Positions 19,114-28,793 of a stretch of DNA of 64,000 bases are shown here, piece by piece (the first letter of the stretch is position 1; each line of letters begins with the position of its first letter). The notes under the pieces were generated by a model, which saw only the letters and a program-made list of their open reading frames with translations, was not told where the DNA came from and made no database searches. Where the stretch lies: the sequence record OQ708376.1. One strand, given 5' to 3'. The position numbers and the translations under genes were made by a program.

Positions 19114-19464
19114 ATGTTAACTGTATACAAATTTAACAAAGAAGAGTACTTAAAGAGTCAGTACTCAAATATAGAAATAAATGTTCCTTATGGTACGTTA
19201 GTTGGATATGATGAAGCCACTGAAACATTGTATTATAATGATGATAGATTGGATTATAGTTTAGATTCTTTTATAGAAGATATACTAAACACACATACTG
19301 AAGATATGTTATATGAAGAATACATAGATCATTATAGGGAACGTATGTCACAATTACACTCAGACGCTCCAGTACTAAACATTACACAAGAACCTTCTGA
19401 ATTTCAGCCCCATAATCCTTTTCAACGTTTAATAGATATTGGTTTGAAATTCACTATTAGTTGA
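19114..19464 (+). CDS. Hypothetical protein
   Basis: GGAG SD 9 nt before ATG 19114. Confidence 0.6.
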   Translation: MLTVYKFNKEEYLKSQYSNIEINVPYGTLVGYDEATETLYYNDDRLDYSLDSFIEDILNTHTEDMLYEEYIDHYRERMSQLHSDAPVLNITQEPSEFQPHNPFQRLIDIGLKFTIS

Positions 19465-19503
19465 TAGATAAATATCTCCATATTAATGATGGAGATTGAA
19501 TCT

Positions 19504-19812
19504 ATGTCACAGATATGTTATGTTATAATAAATTCTGCATGGCCTGAGTATGTTAAAATTGGTTTTACTTCAAAATCAGAAATGACAGAACGTCTAAGAA
19601 CGTATCAGACTGCTACACCATTTCGTGACTTTGAAGTATATCATGAAGTTCATTTTGATGATGCACGTTTGGCTGAAAAAGAAATACATAAAAGGCTTAA
19701 GCAGATGAATGCAACTAGACAACCCAATACCGAGTGGTTTAAAATGTCTAAAAAGATAGCAGCCAACATTATTGATTCCGTATGGGATGATATGGATAAC
19801 GACTTGCTATAG
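19504..19812 (+). CDS. T5orf172-type GIY-YIG domain protein
   Basis: CYVIIN...YVKIGFT...RL..YQT...EKEIH...EWF. Confidence 0.75.
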   Translation: MSQICYVIINSAWPEYVKIGFTSKSEMTERLRTYQTATPFRDFEVYHEVHFDDARLAEKEIHKRLKQMNATRQPNTEWFKMSKKIAANIIDSVWDDMDNDLL

Positions 19813-19852
19813 GAATAAATATAGTATATATTAATCATAAAGGGATTTATAC

Positions 19853-21463
19853 ATGAGCATAAGTTTTAATAACCCATTGGATACAATGACCAGTACTGGT
19901 GCTAATGGATCTTTAGAACTAATAGTGCTTGGTGGTACACCAACTAACCCAAGACCTATTCGTTTTAACTCGTCATCAGTTATCATACCAGTACAAACTT
20001 TACCAACTGGTGAACAAGGTGCAATGGTCTTTGATAGAAACGAGTTAGTTTTGAAGTATCATAACGGTACTAGTTGGATTGCAGTATACGATACTGATAC
20101 CATTTTAGAACCAATTAGAATTTCACTTGATGAAGTAAATAGAAAACTAAATTTAAAAGTAGAAAGTGTAACTTATAGTAGTAGTACTGTTCCTAGTGCA
20201 AGTATTAGTGGAACAAACTTAAACATTGTATTCCCTACTGCTTCTAGTGGTGGTTCTGGTCCAACTGGTCTTTACACTTCACTTAAACCTGGTGCTATTA
20301 CACAATATTCATTGACTTCTGGTCAATCTGTTGCTAGTATACGTGAACAAATGTCAGGACAATCGAATGGACAAAGTGGGAGAAACGGTTCACAAGGTGC
20401 TCCGTGGAAAACGTCTGACGGTTGGTGTTTTGCTGATGGTATGTGGTGGCAATGGGAGGGGGAAAATGGTACAATTACCAAACAAGTACCAAACCTTAAC
20501 CAAAACGCGTACTTAAAAGGGATATCCACATCAGGTGTAACTAAAACTGATAGTGTTATTGGTAGTAGCGGTAATATTAGCGGCACAGTATTAAGTGTTG
20601 CCCAATTACCATCACACTCATTTAGTTTTAGTGGGACCACAGGGGCTGCTGGTCGTCATGGTCATAGTCAAGCACTAAAAGGTATGGACCGTAGTGGTCT
20701 AAATGCGTTAACTTCAAGTAATGATAACGGTATACCAACTGTAATCAATAACATTAACGAAGCACCAGACCACATTCACTCATTTAGTGGAAACACTAAC
20801 ACACTTGGTGGAAACCAACCACACTATCATGGTATTAGTAACATTGATGTGGAACACTTTAACGTTGCATATCTATATAACATTGCTGAATCTAACGTCG
20901 CATTGAGTGAAAAAGTTGCAAACACTCGTTATGTACTAAAAACTGGTGATACAATGACTGGTTCATTGACTATTGCAAACAGTGCGTCAATTAAGTCAAA
21001 TGATACATCATTAGTTCTATATTTCCGTAACGCAAGCGGTGGTGAGCGTGCGGCAGTGTATCATAACTCTTCAAATAATACATTGAGATTACGTTCCGGT
21101 GGAGCAGAAGTTACTGTAAACTCTTCTGGTACGTTAGCTGCTCCATCATTAACTGTTTCTAACAACTCAGCTACTGTTGGTGGTAAAAATATTGTTCGTT
21201 CAATTAACGGTACTGCTGCTGATGCTAGTGGCAACGTTACTTTGCAAATTAGTACTAATAACGTACAAAGTATTCGTTTGAGTGCACGTATTGAAACAAG
21301 TAAAATACCTGATTCTTCATGGACATATACACCAGAAGGTGCATTTATGGATGGCGTATGGATTTCTGTTAATGGTAGTTCAGGCACTCACTTAGAACGA
21401 ATTAGTTATCGCTATGTTCAAATGCAAATAAATGGTAACTGGGAAACAGTACGTCAACAATAA
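19853..21463 (+). CDS. Tail fibre protein
   Basis: G/S/T-rich, HxH motifs, RYVLKTGDTMTGSL repeat, C-terminal YRYVQMQINGNWETV; late promoter at 19815. Confidence 0.85.
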   Translation: MSISFNNPLDTMTSTGANGSLELIVLGGTPTNPRPIRFNSSSVIIPVQTLPTGEQGAMVFDRNELVLKYHNGTSWIAVYDTDTILEPIRISLDEVNRKLNLKVESVTYSSSTVPSASISGTNLNIVFPTASSGGSGPTGLYTSLKPGAITQYSLTSGQSVASIREQMSGQSNGQSGRNGSQGAPWKTSDGWCFADGMWWQWEGENGTITKQVPNLNQNAYLKGISTSGVTKTDSVIGSSGNISGTVLSVAQLPSHSFSFSGTTGAAGRHGHSQALKGMDRSGLNALTSSNDNGIPTVINNINEAPDHIHSFSGNTNTLGGNQPHYHGISNIDVEHFNVAYLYNIAESNVALSEKVANTRYVLKTGDTMTGSLTIANSASIKSNDTSLVLYFRNASGGERAAVYHNSSNNTLRLRSGGAEVTVNSSGTLAAPSLTVSNNSATVGGKNIVRSINGTAADASGNVTLQISTNNVQSIRLSARIETSKIPDSSWTYTPEGAFMDGVWISVNGSSGTHLERISYRYVQMQINGNWETVRQQ

Positions 21464-21473
21464 GGAATGTGTA

Positions 21474-21989
21474 ATGCAACTAACAAATTTTAAGATGTAT
21501 GAAAAAGAAGGTGGTAATCCTAATTCTTTGTATATGATGTCCGATGAAGGTATGGATTGGTATGAATCTCGTGAATTGTTTGACATTAATAAAGCAAAAT
21601 TTATGTATGATACTAATGGTTTAATTGTTTCAGCATCATATAACATTTATGATCTAGTACCTTTAGGTTTTAGTGTTTCTGAAATTGAATATGATGGTGA
21701 TATTAACAAACTTTATGGTATGGTTTACGATGGAAATACTATTCATGACTATATTGAAACTAAAGAAGAAAAAATTGAACGCCTAAAAAATGAATTATCT
21801 AATTTGAAATACATTGCAATTCAAGAACTTGGACACTTAAAAACTGCTATGGATCTTGAGTTAGCAACTGATGAAGAAGCTGTATTGTTTGTAAAATTGA
21901 AAGATTATGTAACGCAATTGAATTCAATCAAACCAGCAGACATGATCAAGAAAACATTTTCATTTCCAGTTAAACCGGAAAAAAAATGA
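21474..21989 (+). CDS. Tail fibre assembly chaperone (Tfa-like)
   Basis: Follows the fibre gene; DWYE...SVSEI...ATDEE...LK.Y pattern. Confidence 0.75.
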   Translation: MQLTNFKMYEKEGGNPNSLYMMSDEGMDWYESRELFDINKAKFMYDTNGLIVSASYNIYDLVPLGFSVSEIEYDGDINKLYGMVYDGNTIHDYIETKEEKIERLKNELSNLKYIAIQELGHLKTAMDLELATDEEAVLFVKLKDYVTQLNSIKPADMIKKTFSFPVKPEKK

Positions 21990-22015
21990 GACAACACGTA
22001 AAGACGTGATACAAT
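21987..22015 (+). promoter_or_regulatory. Promoter TGAGACA-N16-TACAAT
   Basis: Recurrent motif with a one-mismatch -10. Confidence 0.65.
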
Positions 22016-22079
22016 TAAGTCATCTCACCGATTGTGGTGAGGTGACATTTTTTTGAAAACACACATGGAGAAATACAAA

Positions 22080-22382
22080 ATGGCTAAATCTAAAAAAGAA
22101 GTTAAAGTTGAAATTCGTGATCTAAACGATGAACAACGTAAACGTCTCGGCGATGCACTTAACAACATTGTTGTACAACTAACTTTCATTGATGATACCA
22201 AAGCATCCTTATCTGATTTTGTTTCTAGTGTTTCTGATGAACTTGGTATCGATGCATCTGATATCAAACAAGCTGCACAACGTATGTACAAAGGTGATTA
22301 CTTTGACAAACAAAATAAACTCGATAATATCGAAACTATTCTTAGTGTTACTAATAATCTTCCACAAGCAGATGATTACTAA
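22080..22382 (+). CDS. dsDNA-binding protein, T4 DsbA/GapR-like
   Basis: GGAG SD; SDELGIDASDIKQAAQRMYK resembles T4 DsbA KDELGVDGKMFNRLLALYHK. Confidence 0.6.
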   Translation: MAKSKKEVKVEIRDLNDEQRKRLGDALNNIVVQLTFIDDTKASLSDFVSSVSDELGIDASDIKQAAQRMYKGDYFDKQNKLDNIETILSVTNNLPQADDY

Positions 22383-22404
22383 TTAGTACTAAAATATATT
22401 AAAT

Positions 22405-22432
22405 AGCCTCCAATGACGGAGGCTTTCTTTTT
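22405..22432 (+). terminator. Intrinsic terminator
   Basis: AGCCTCC-aatgac-GGAGGCT followed by a T tract. Confidence 0.75.
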
Positions 22433-22461
22433 AACTTAATAAACGTAAGGGAATACAAACG

Positions 22462-25400
22462 ATGTATATCGATGCTTATATGGAACGTAAACGTACTGGT
22501 GATATTCTTCATGTAGTTGAACGTAAGAATGGTAAACGTATTCTACGCGAATTAGAACCAGTATATGAATATTATGTTGAATCCCCACAAGGAACACATA
22601 AAACTGTTTATGGTACAATGGCTAAACATTTTGAGTTTCAAACTCAAGCTCAAATGAATAAAAGTGTAGAGAAACACAAAAGTGAAGGTCTACGTATTTT
22701 TGAAAGTGATTGTAACATTACATTTAAAACATTAGCCAAAGAATATATGGGAAAAGGCTCACCCGATTTGAACATCGTGTTCTTCGATATCGAGACTGAT
22801 TTCCATAAGAAATTTGGTTATGCTCCACCATCAGACCCGTTTAACCGAGTAACCGCTATTTCTCTATATCAATCATGGACTGGAAAGGATTATGTACTTA
22901 CTTTACCACCTGCTGATATGGAAATTTATGAAGCACAAGATATTGTTCGCCAACTAAATGAAGAAACAAACGATCCTAACAGTACTGTAATTTTATATAC
23001 AGACGAAAAGGAAATGTTTATGGAATTCTTTAGTTTAATTGATGATTCTGATGTTATTTCAGGATGGAATAGTGAATTCTTTGATATTCCATATATGATC
23101 AATCGAACTAAAAAAATCTTCAATGAAGCAACAACTGCTCGTTGGTGTTTATGGAATAAAAAACCAAATTCACGTGAAGCAGACAACTTTGGTAAAACTG
23201 TTCAAACATATGATCTGGTAGGTCGCGTCCATCTTGATTATTTGGCTTTGTATAAGAAACATGCTGGTCAAGTTGAACAATCTTATAAACTAGATTATAT
23301 TGCTGAAAAAGTAACTAAAGAAAATAAAGTATCATATGAAGGTTCATTGGATAAACTTTACAGAGAGGATTACATTACTTTCTTGCGTTATTCTAAACAG
23401 GATAGTATTCTTCTTAAAAAGATTGATGCTAAATGTGACTATATCAACCTACACAATCGACTTGCACACAAAGAATGTGTACTTATCAGCACAACAATGG
23501 GTTCAGTAGCACTAATCGACACTGCTATTATCAACTTAGCACATACTCGTGGTGAAGTTGTTTTTAACAAAGCACCTAAAGATGATCTTGAGTTTGATCC
23601 AGAAATGGAATATTATGGTGAAGATGGTGAAGATGAAGATGAGAAAATTAGTGCAAAAGCAGCAGGTGCATGGGTACAAGATCCAGTACTAGGACTTGTA
23701 AGTGACCTTGGGTGTACTGACTTTAACTCTCTTTACCCTACAGTTCTACGCACTTTGGGTATGAGTACTGAATGTATTCTTGGTCAATTACGTCAAGATT
23801 ACACCGATGCGTATCTTGCAGCTAAAATCCAAGAACAGAAGAACAAATCTAAATCTAAATCATTTGAACCAGATTGGACTGCGGCATGGCATGGTTTATT
23901 TGCTGCTGTTGAATTTACAATGGTTCATGAAAAGTCAGAAGAAACATTGATTGTTGATTTAGAAGATGGGAGTTCTTTTAAAGCAACGGGCAAAGAGCTA
24001 TATGATATTATTTTTGCAGAAGATAGTACTATTGTACTTAGTGCAAACGGAACACTTTTTGATAAGTCTAAGTCTGGTGTAATTCCTGACATTCTAACTC
24101 AATGGTATTCTGAACGTAAAGCACAGCAAAAAATGGTCATTGACTACAAACATATGTATACTGATGGTTGGGAGTTTAATGGCTATGAAAAAGTCGAACC
24201 ACTACTATCAAACTATACCCCTGGTACAATGTTTAGAACTAATATTCATGATAATGATCCTGTATACTTACTTCGTAAAGAAATTGGTAAAGGACAATGG
24301 GATGAAGTTGCTAAGTTGATTGTAGAAAATGGTTTAGTACTAAAAGATGGTCGTATTTTCTGTCCTAAAGAAGAAAAAGATTACTTCAAACAACGTAGTG
24401 CTTTCTGGAAACAGAACCAACAGATTCGTAAGATTCTTCTAAACAGTCTATATGGTGCACTATTGAACAAAGGTTCTCGTTTCTTTGACAAACGTTTAGG
24501 TCAATCCGTAACATTAACTGGACGTTCTATGACCAAACATATGGCAAGTCGTATCAATGAGATTACTACTGGTGTATATAATCACCAAGGTGGTTCAGTA
24601 ATTTATGGTGATACTGACTCAGTTTACTTTAGTGTAACGCATTATCTGAAAGAACAAGGTATTCCATATAATCTATCTAAAGAAGAGATTGTTGATATGT
24701 ATATTAAAATTGGTGAAGAAGTTGGTGAATCTTTCCCATCATTTATGCATGAGATGTTCAACACTGGTATTGAAAAAGGTAAGATTGTTGGTGCAGACCT
24801 TGAGATGGTTGGTTCACGTGGCCTATTCTTGAAGAAAAAACGTTATGCAATTCTGAAGTACTGGGAAGATGGGTTCCGTAAAGATATTGATGGTAAACCA
24901 GGTGAAATCAAAGCGATGGGTCTTGAAATTAAACGCTCAGACACGCCAAAATACATCCAGAACTTCCTAGAAGAGACTCTAATCGCATTACTGGTAGGTG
25001 AGAGTGAACAGCAGCTAAAACAGCGTGTACGTGAGTTTAAGGACGTATTTAAGGATATGCCTGTACATGAAAAAGGTTCACCAAAAACTGTAAAAAACTA
25101 CACTAATTTAGAGGCTGAATATCAGCTAACTGGTAAGTGTAAAGTTGGTCACGTTCTTGCTGGTATCCAATGGAACCGTCTACGTGAAGTTTATGATGAT
25201 AAATCTGTTCCAGAAGTAACAGATGGAACAAAAGTAATTGTCTGTAACTTAAAAGATAATCCTATGGGAATTAAAGCTGTTGGATATCCAATTGACTGTG
25301 TTGAGTATCTACCAGAATGGTTCTTGGAACTACCATTTGATACTGAAAAAATGGAAGAGATTGTTCTAACTAAAAAATTAGAGAATATTTTTGGTATTTT

Positions 25401-25467
25401 GGATATGGATATTGGTATTCATGAAAAAAGTACTGCGTCAGTAAACAATGGATTCTTCACTTGGTAA
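22462..25467 (+). CDS. gp43: DNA polymerase family B with 3'-5' exonuclease
   Basis: FFDIETD, GWNSEFFDIPY, DFNSLYP, KILLNSLYG, YGDTDS, KKRY. Confidence 0.97.
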   Translation: MYIDAYMERKRTGDILHVVERKNGKRILRELEPVYEYYVESPQGTHKTVYGTMAKHFEFQTQAQMNKSVEKHKSEGLRIFESDCNITFKTLAKEYMGKGSPDLNIVFFDIETDFHKKFGYAPPSDPFNRVTAISLYQSWTGKDYVLTLPPADMEIYEAQDIVRQLNEETNDPNSTVILYTDEKEMFMEFFSLIDDSDVISGWNSEFFDIPYMINRTKKIFNEATTARWCLWNKKPNSREADNFGKTVQTYDLVGRVHLDYLALYKKHAGQVEQSYKLDYIAEKVTKENKVSYEGSLDKLYREDYITFLRYSKQDSILLKKIDAKCDYINLHNRLAHKECVLISTTMGSVALIDTAIINLAHTRGEVVFNKAPKDDLEFDPEMEYYGEDGEDEDEKISAKAAGAWVQDPVLGLVSDLGCTDFNSLYPTVLRTLGMSTECILGQLRQDYTDAYLAAKIQEQKNKSKSKSFEPDWTAAWHGLFAAVEFTMVHEKSEETLIVDLEDGSSFKATGKELYDIIFAEDSTIVLSANGTLFDKSKSGVIPDILTQWYSERKAQQKMVIDYKHMYTDGWEFNGYEKVEPLLSNYTPGTMFRTNIHDNDPVYLLRKEIGKGQWDEVAKLIVENGLVLKDGRIFCPKEEKDYFKQRSAFWKQNQQIRKILLNSLYGALLNKGSRFFDKRLGQSVTLTGRSMTKHMASRINEITTGVYNHQGGSVIYGDTDSVYFSVTHYLKEQGIPYNLSKEEIVDMYIKIGEEVGESFPSFMHEMFNTGIEKGKIVGADLEMVGSRGLFLKKKRYAILKYWEDGFRKDIDGKPGEIKAMGLEIKRSDTPKYIQNFLEETLIALLVGESEQQLKQRVREFKDVFKDMPVHEKGSPKTVKNYTNLEAEYQLTGKCKVGHVLAGIQWNRLREVYDDKSVPEVTDGTKVIVCNLKDNPMGIKAVGYPIDCVEYLPEWFLELPFDTEKMEEIVLTKKLENIFGILDMDIGIHEKSTASVNNGFFTW

Positions 25468-25478
25468 GGAGTAATAAT

Positions 25479-25628
25479 ATGGTTATTGTAAATGAAATTG
25501 AACTAAACTATGATGAAGTAAACGATACTTTCACTAATGAGATGTTGAATCTTACTGAAGAAAGTGTAAATGAGGCATGGGAAAAATATGTAGAATGGAC
25601 TTCATTACAAGGTAAAAATAATGAGTAA
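25479..25628 (+). CDS. Small acidic hypothetical protein, 49 aa (below ORF-track cut-off)
   Basis: AAGGAG SD, ATG 25479, MVIVNEIELNYDEV...KNNE*, overlaps the next start. Confidence 0.65.
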   Translation: MVIVNEIELNYDEVNDTFTNEMLNLTEESVNEAWEKYVEWTSLQGKNNE

Positions 25629-25917
25629 TATATATAAGCGTATTGGTGAAGTATTAGAAGGTAATGGTATCATTAATTCTGTACTAGCATATGATAATGA
25701 TGAAGAAGTAGTTCTAATTGGTGCGGGTTTTACTCGCACTGGTTCAGTGGAAGTTGACGGAGAGATTGCTGATGTTTACACTCTTGTGAAAAAGCGTAAA
25801 GTTGTTTTTGTCGATGATGTACATACATTAAAAGACTTGAAAAAATTACGCGATAAAATTGGCATGAGTTCTACAATTGATAAGCCTTATCTTCAACGTT
25901 GGAATACAAAATACTGA
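25621..25917 (+). CDS. Hypothetical protein
   Basis: 98-aa ORF in operon context. Confidence 0.65.
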   Translation: MSNIYKRIGEVLEGNGIINSVLAYDNDEEVVLIGAGFTRTGSVEVDGEIADVYTLVKKRKVVFVDDVHTLKDLKKLRDKIGMSSTIDKPYLQRWNTKY

Positions 25918-25925
25918 TAAAAAAT

Positions 25926-25954
25926 TGAGACAAGCATCATTTTTGAGATATAAT
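25926..25954 (+). promoter_or_regulatory. Promoter TGAGACA-N16-TATAAT
   Basis: Recurrent motif. Confidence 0.7.
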
Positions 25955-26018
25955 GGTGCTTGTAGTAATCTTACATAAAAACATTTTTTGATTAACAAAT
26001 AAAACGGAGAATTATATA

Positions 26019-26750
26019 ATGGATCTACGCAACGTACTACGTGACCTCGTAAACACAACCAGTGGTATTGACTTCTCTTGTATTGCAGTAAGCAGTGAAG
26101 ACCGTGGTGAAGGACAACGTGTATATCTAGAAGCGTACACAGATGACCGAACTCTTGTAATGCGAGCATATACTAAAGAAGATGTTCCTGAAGTTCAGGG
26201 TCGTTTTGGCTTAGGTAATCTAGGTCTTCTTCAGGGTCTAATGTCTCTAAAAACATACAGTACCGAAGGAACCACAATCACATCAAATGTTAAAGATGGT
26301 TCAGTTAAAAGTCTGGCATTTAAATCTGAAGATGCAAGCACTACATTTATGGTACAAGCTGAAAAACTTATTCCAGTTCAACCACGTTTTCATGAACAAC
26401 CATATGACGTACAGGTTATTCCTAGTGCAGCAAAAGTTCAGGAACTAAAGAGTTTTTCTGGTGTATTTAAATCTTTTAGTTCTCTTGTAACTCCGTATAC
26501 TGAAGGCGACACCCTATACTTTCACGTTGGTGAGAAAAACAAAAGTAACCACGTTGGTTCTCTAGCTTTTTCTAAAACTGAAGGTGAATTAGGTCTTGGT
26601 TTTGGTTATAATATTGATCGCGTACTTCAAGCATTATCTCGCGTATCTAATGCCGAATCAGTATCACTTGGTATTACTAAAACTGGTATGCTAAATGTAA
26701 CACTAGATACTGGAATTGCAGTATACAAATTTTACGTAACAGGCTGCTAA
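26019..26750 (+). CDS. Probable sliding clamp, T4 gp45-like
   Basis: 243 aa, alternating beta/alpha pattern, FGLGNLGLL resembles gp45 FAIYDL; strong codon bias. Confidence 0.55.
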   Translation: MDLRNVLRDLVNTTSGIDFSCIAVSSEDRGEGQRVYLEAYTDDRTLVMRAYTKEDVPEVQGRFGLGNLGLLQGLMSLKTYSTEGTTITSNVKDGSVKSLAFKSEDASTTFMVQAEKLIPVQPRFHEQPYDVQVIPSAAKVQELKSFSGVFKSFSSLVTPYTEGDTLYFHVGEKNKSNHVGSLAFSKTEGELGLGFGYNIDRVLQALSRVSNAESVSLGITKTGMLNVTLDTGIAVYKFYVTGC

Positions 26751-26758
26751 TATAAATA
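26751..26758 (+). promoter_or_regulatory. Late promoter TATAAATA
   Basis: Exact consensus. Confidence 0.7.
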
Positions 26759-26814
26759 ACGGGGAACACTATGTTCCCCAAATTAGTTTGATTTAAAAAG
26801 TAAAGGAATACAAA

Positions 26815-27021
26815 ATGCCATTATATACATATCGTTGTGAAAAAGAAGAATGCAAACATAGCATGGAAAAAATTGTTAAAATTGCAAATCGTGATGAACC
26901 TCATGATTGTCCTAAATGTAATGGTGAAAAAACTATGAAGTTGGAAGTGTTCACTCCAGGTGATAAGGGTGCTAATCTTTATTTCCGTGGAAAATGGTTT
27001 GCAAATACTGGAGGTTACTGA
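26815..27021 (+). CDS. FmdB-family zinc-ribbon protein
   Basis: MPLYTYRC..C...CPKC...FRGKWF. Confidence 0.75.
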   Translation: MPLYTYRCEKEECKHSMEKIVKIANRDEPHDCPKCNGEKTMKLEVFTPGDKGANLYFRGKWFANTGGY

Positions 27022-27022
27022 T

Positions 27023-27322
27023 ATGAAAATTAAAATGATTAATGATTACGTTCTTGTTCGACAAATTGAAGCACAGAATAAAAGTACTGGTGGTATTATT
27101 CTAGGTAATGTTGAACCACCATGTATTGGGATGGTAATTTCCGTTGGTCCAGGTAAAATTCTTCCGAACGGACAACTAGCAGAACATAATATTAAAGAAG
27201 GTGATATGGTTGTGTTTGGTCGTTCATCTTTGAACACACCACTGACTGAAGATCTTGGTGGGGGCGAAGATACATATTATGTAATGAAAATCGAAGAGAT
27301 TTTTGGTAAGAAAAATGGCTAA
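27023..27322 (+). CDS. groES: GroES-like co-chaperonin
   Basis: NDYVLVR...KSTGGIIL...VISVGPGK...IKEGD.V.F. Confidence 0.88.
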   Translation: MKIKMINDYVLVRQIEAQNKSTGGIILGNVEPPCIGMVISVGPGKILPNGQLAEHNIKEGDMVVFGRSSLNTPLTEDLGGGEDTYYVMKIEEIFGKKNG

Positions 27323-28040
27323 AAAGAAATTTATTCCATTTTGGATGGTCCCTGCTCACTGGGGACTTTCTGGAAAGGCAAAAGAGATAGCTAAAGCATA
27401 CTACTACAATGATGATTATGAAGCTGATATGAAAGTTGCTGAATTGACATATCTAACTCCATATGAAGTTGAAGTGGCCCAATTGGATATTAAAAAGAAA
27501 TATAGCGTAATTGGAGATTTGGAATATCTAATTGCTGTACTTGATGTTGAACTAAAATATTCTAAAATTACTCGTGAACAGTATGATGTTAAAGTTCTTG
27601 ATGCAAAACTAAGTATTGGAGTTATTACAGAAAAAGAATATGATATGGAAATCATTGAGTTAATGCCAGAAGGTGATGAAAAAAGGCTTAAGGCTATTGA
27701 ATTTGCATATCGTTACGATGAAATCACACAAAGTGAATATTCTAAGGAAATATACACACTTCGTAAAGAACCTTGGATTGATTTGGATGTTGTTCTTGAT
27801 CCTGAAACTAATGAAGTTGAGTTTGTATTTGACTATAATGAATATTTCTGGAAAAAGTTGAAAGCTGAAGGTCATCCAGGAAATGATGAAGAAGAAATTA
27901 TCGATAACTTTGTGAGAGACTTGGGGCGTAAACTTGCTACGGATGATTTCAGTGATGATTACGACACAAAGCTGGTGAGTGCGAACGAAGGATTAGACAA
28001 GCTACCTGGTTTGCCTGAAGGATTTCGTTCATATAGATAA
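27315..28040 (+). CDS. Hypothetical acidic protein
   Basis: Long ORF overlapping the groES stop. Confidence 0.7.
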   Translation: MAKKKFIPFWMVPAHWGLSGKAKEIAKAYYYNDDYEADMKVAELTYLTPYEVEVAQLDIKKKYSVIGDLEYLIAVLDVELKYSKITREQYDVKVLDAKLSIGVITEKEYDMEIIELMPEGDEKRLKAIEFAYRYDEITQSEYSKEIYTLRKEPWIDLDVVLDPETNEVEFVFDYNEYFWKKLKAEGHPGNDEEEIIDNFVRDLGRKLATDDFSDDYDTKLVSANEGLDKLPGLPEGFRSYR

Positions 28041-28045
28041 CATAT

Positions 28046-28080
28046 AAAAAAAAAGGAGAGCAAATGCTCTCCTTTTCTTT
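28046..28080. terminator. Bidirectional intrinsic terminator
   Basis: AAAAGGAGAGC-aaat-GCTCTCCTTTT between convergent genes. Confidence 0.85.
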
Positions 28081-28089
28081 TGAAAAATA

Positions 28090-28779
28090 TTAAACCAATG
28101 CTGGGATGTATTGGAAAAGTTTAACACCGAAATCACCTGCTGCATCAGCAGATTGGGAACGTAGGTAAACTTCGGTAACACCATCTTTAGCAAGTAGTGG
28201 AACACCAGTTAGATCATCAATTAGTAGACGGCCTTCTTCGGATTCAGTACTTGGTACACCTTGTGGTGATTTAAGATCTTTGTTAAAGACACCAGCACGT
28301 TCAACTAGGAAGGTTACAACGGAAGCATCAGCAATACTAACTGAACCTGCACTCAATACACCATCAGGTGCGTTGGTGAAACCAGTAACTGGAAATACTT
28401 CAAGACCATTACCTGCGATGTTAGAGGTAGCGATGATAACCGCACGTTGTTGAACAACATCGACAATACGTTTAACGTTAGTTTGTGCTGCATAAGATGC
28501 ATTGTAATCAGCTTCTAGTGTGCCAAGAACAAATGCAGTTCCATCAATACGTTTGATACCTTTATCATTTAGATATGCTAGAATTTCTTCTGGAATATCA
28601 GTGTTTAGAAAACGTTGTAGACCAGCATAAGAAGAAACTGCACCAGTAACTAGAACGTTTACGTTTCCTAGCTTACTGATAGCAATGGATGCTAGGGCGT
28701 TAGTGCCACAAAAGTAACCTAGAATACGTTCAAAGGAATAACCATTGATACGTTCAAAAGAAGTATTAGTATATGACAT
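28090..28779 (-). CDS. Abundant virion protein, paralogue 2
   Basis: Capsid-like codon bias; shares QQRAV and TF..ER..VFNK with its neighbour. Confidence 0.6.
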   Translation of the reverse strand: MSYTNTSFERINGYSFERILGYFCGTNALASIAISKLGNVNVLVTGAVSSYAGLQRFLNTDIPEEILAYLNDKGIKRIDGTAFVLGTLEADYNASYAAQTNVKRIVDVVQQRAVIIATSNIAGNGLEVFPVTGFTNAPDGVLSAGSVSIADASVVTFLVERAGVFNKDLKSPQGVPSTESEEGRLLIDDLTGVPLLAKDGVTEVYLRSQSADAAGDFGVKLFQYIPALV

Positions 28780-28793
28780 AATCTATCCTCCTA

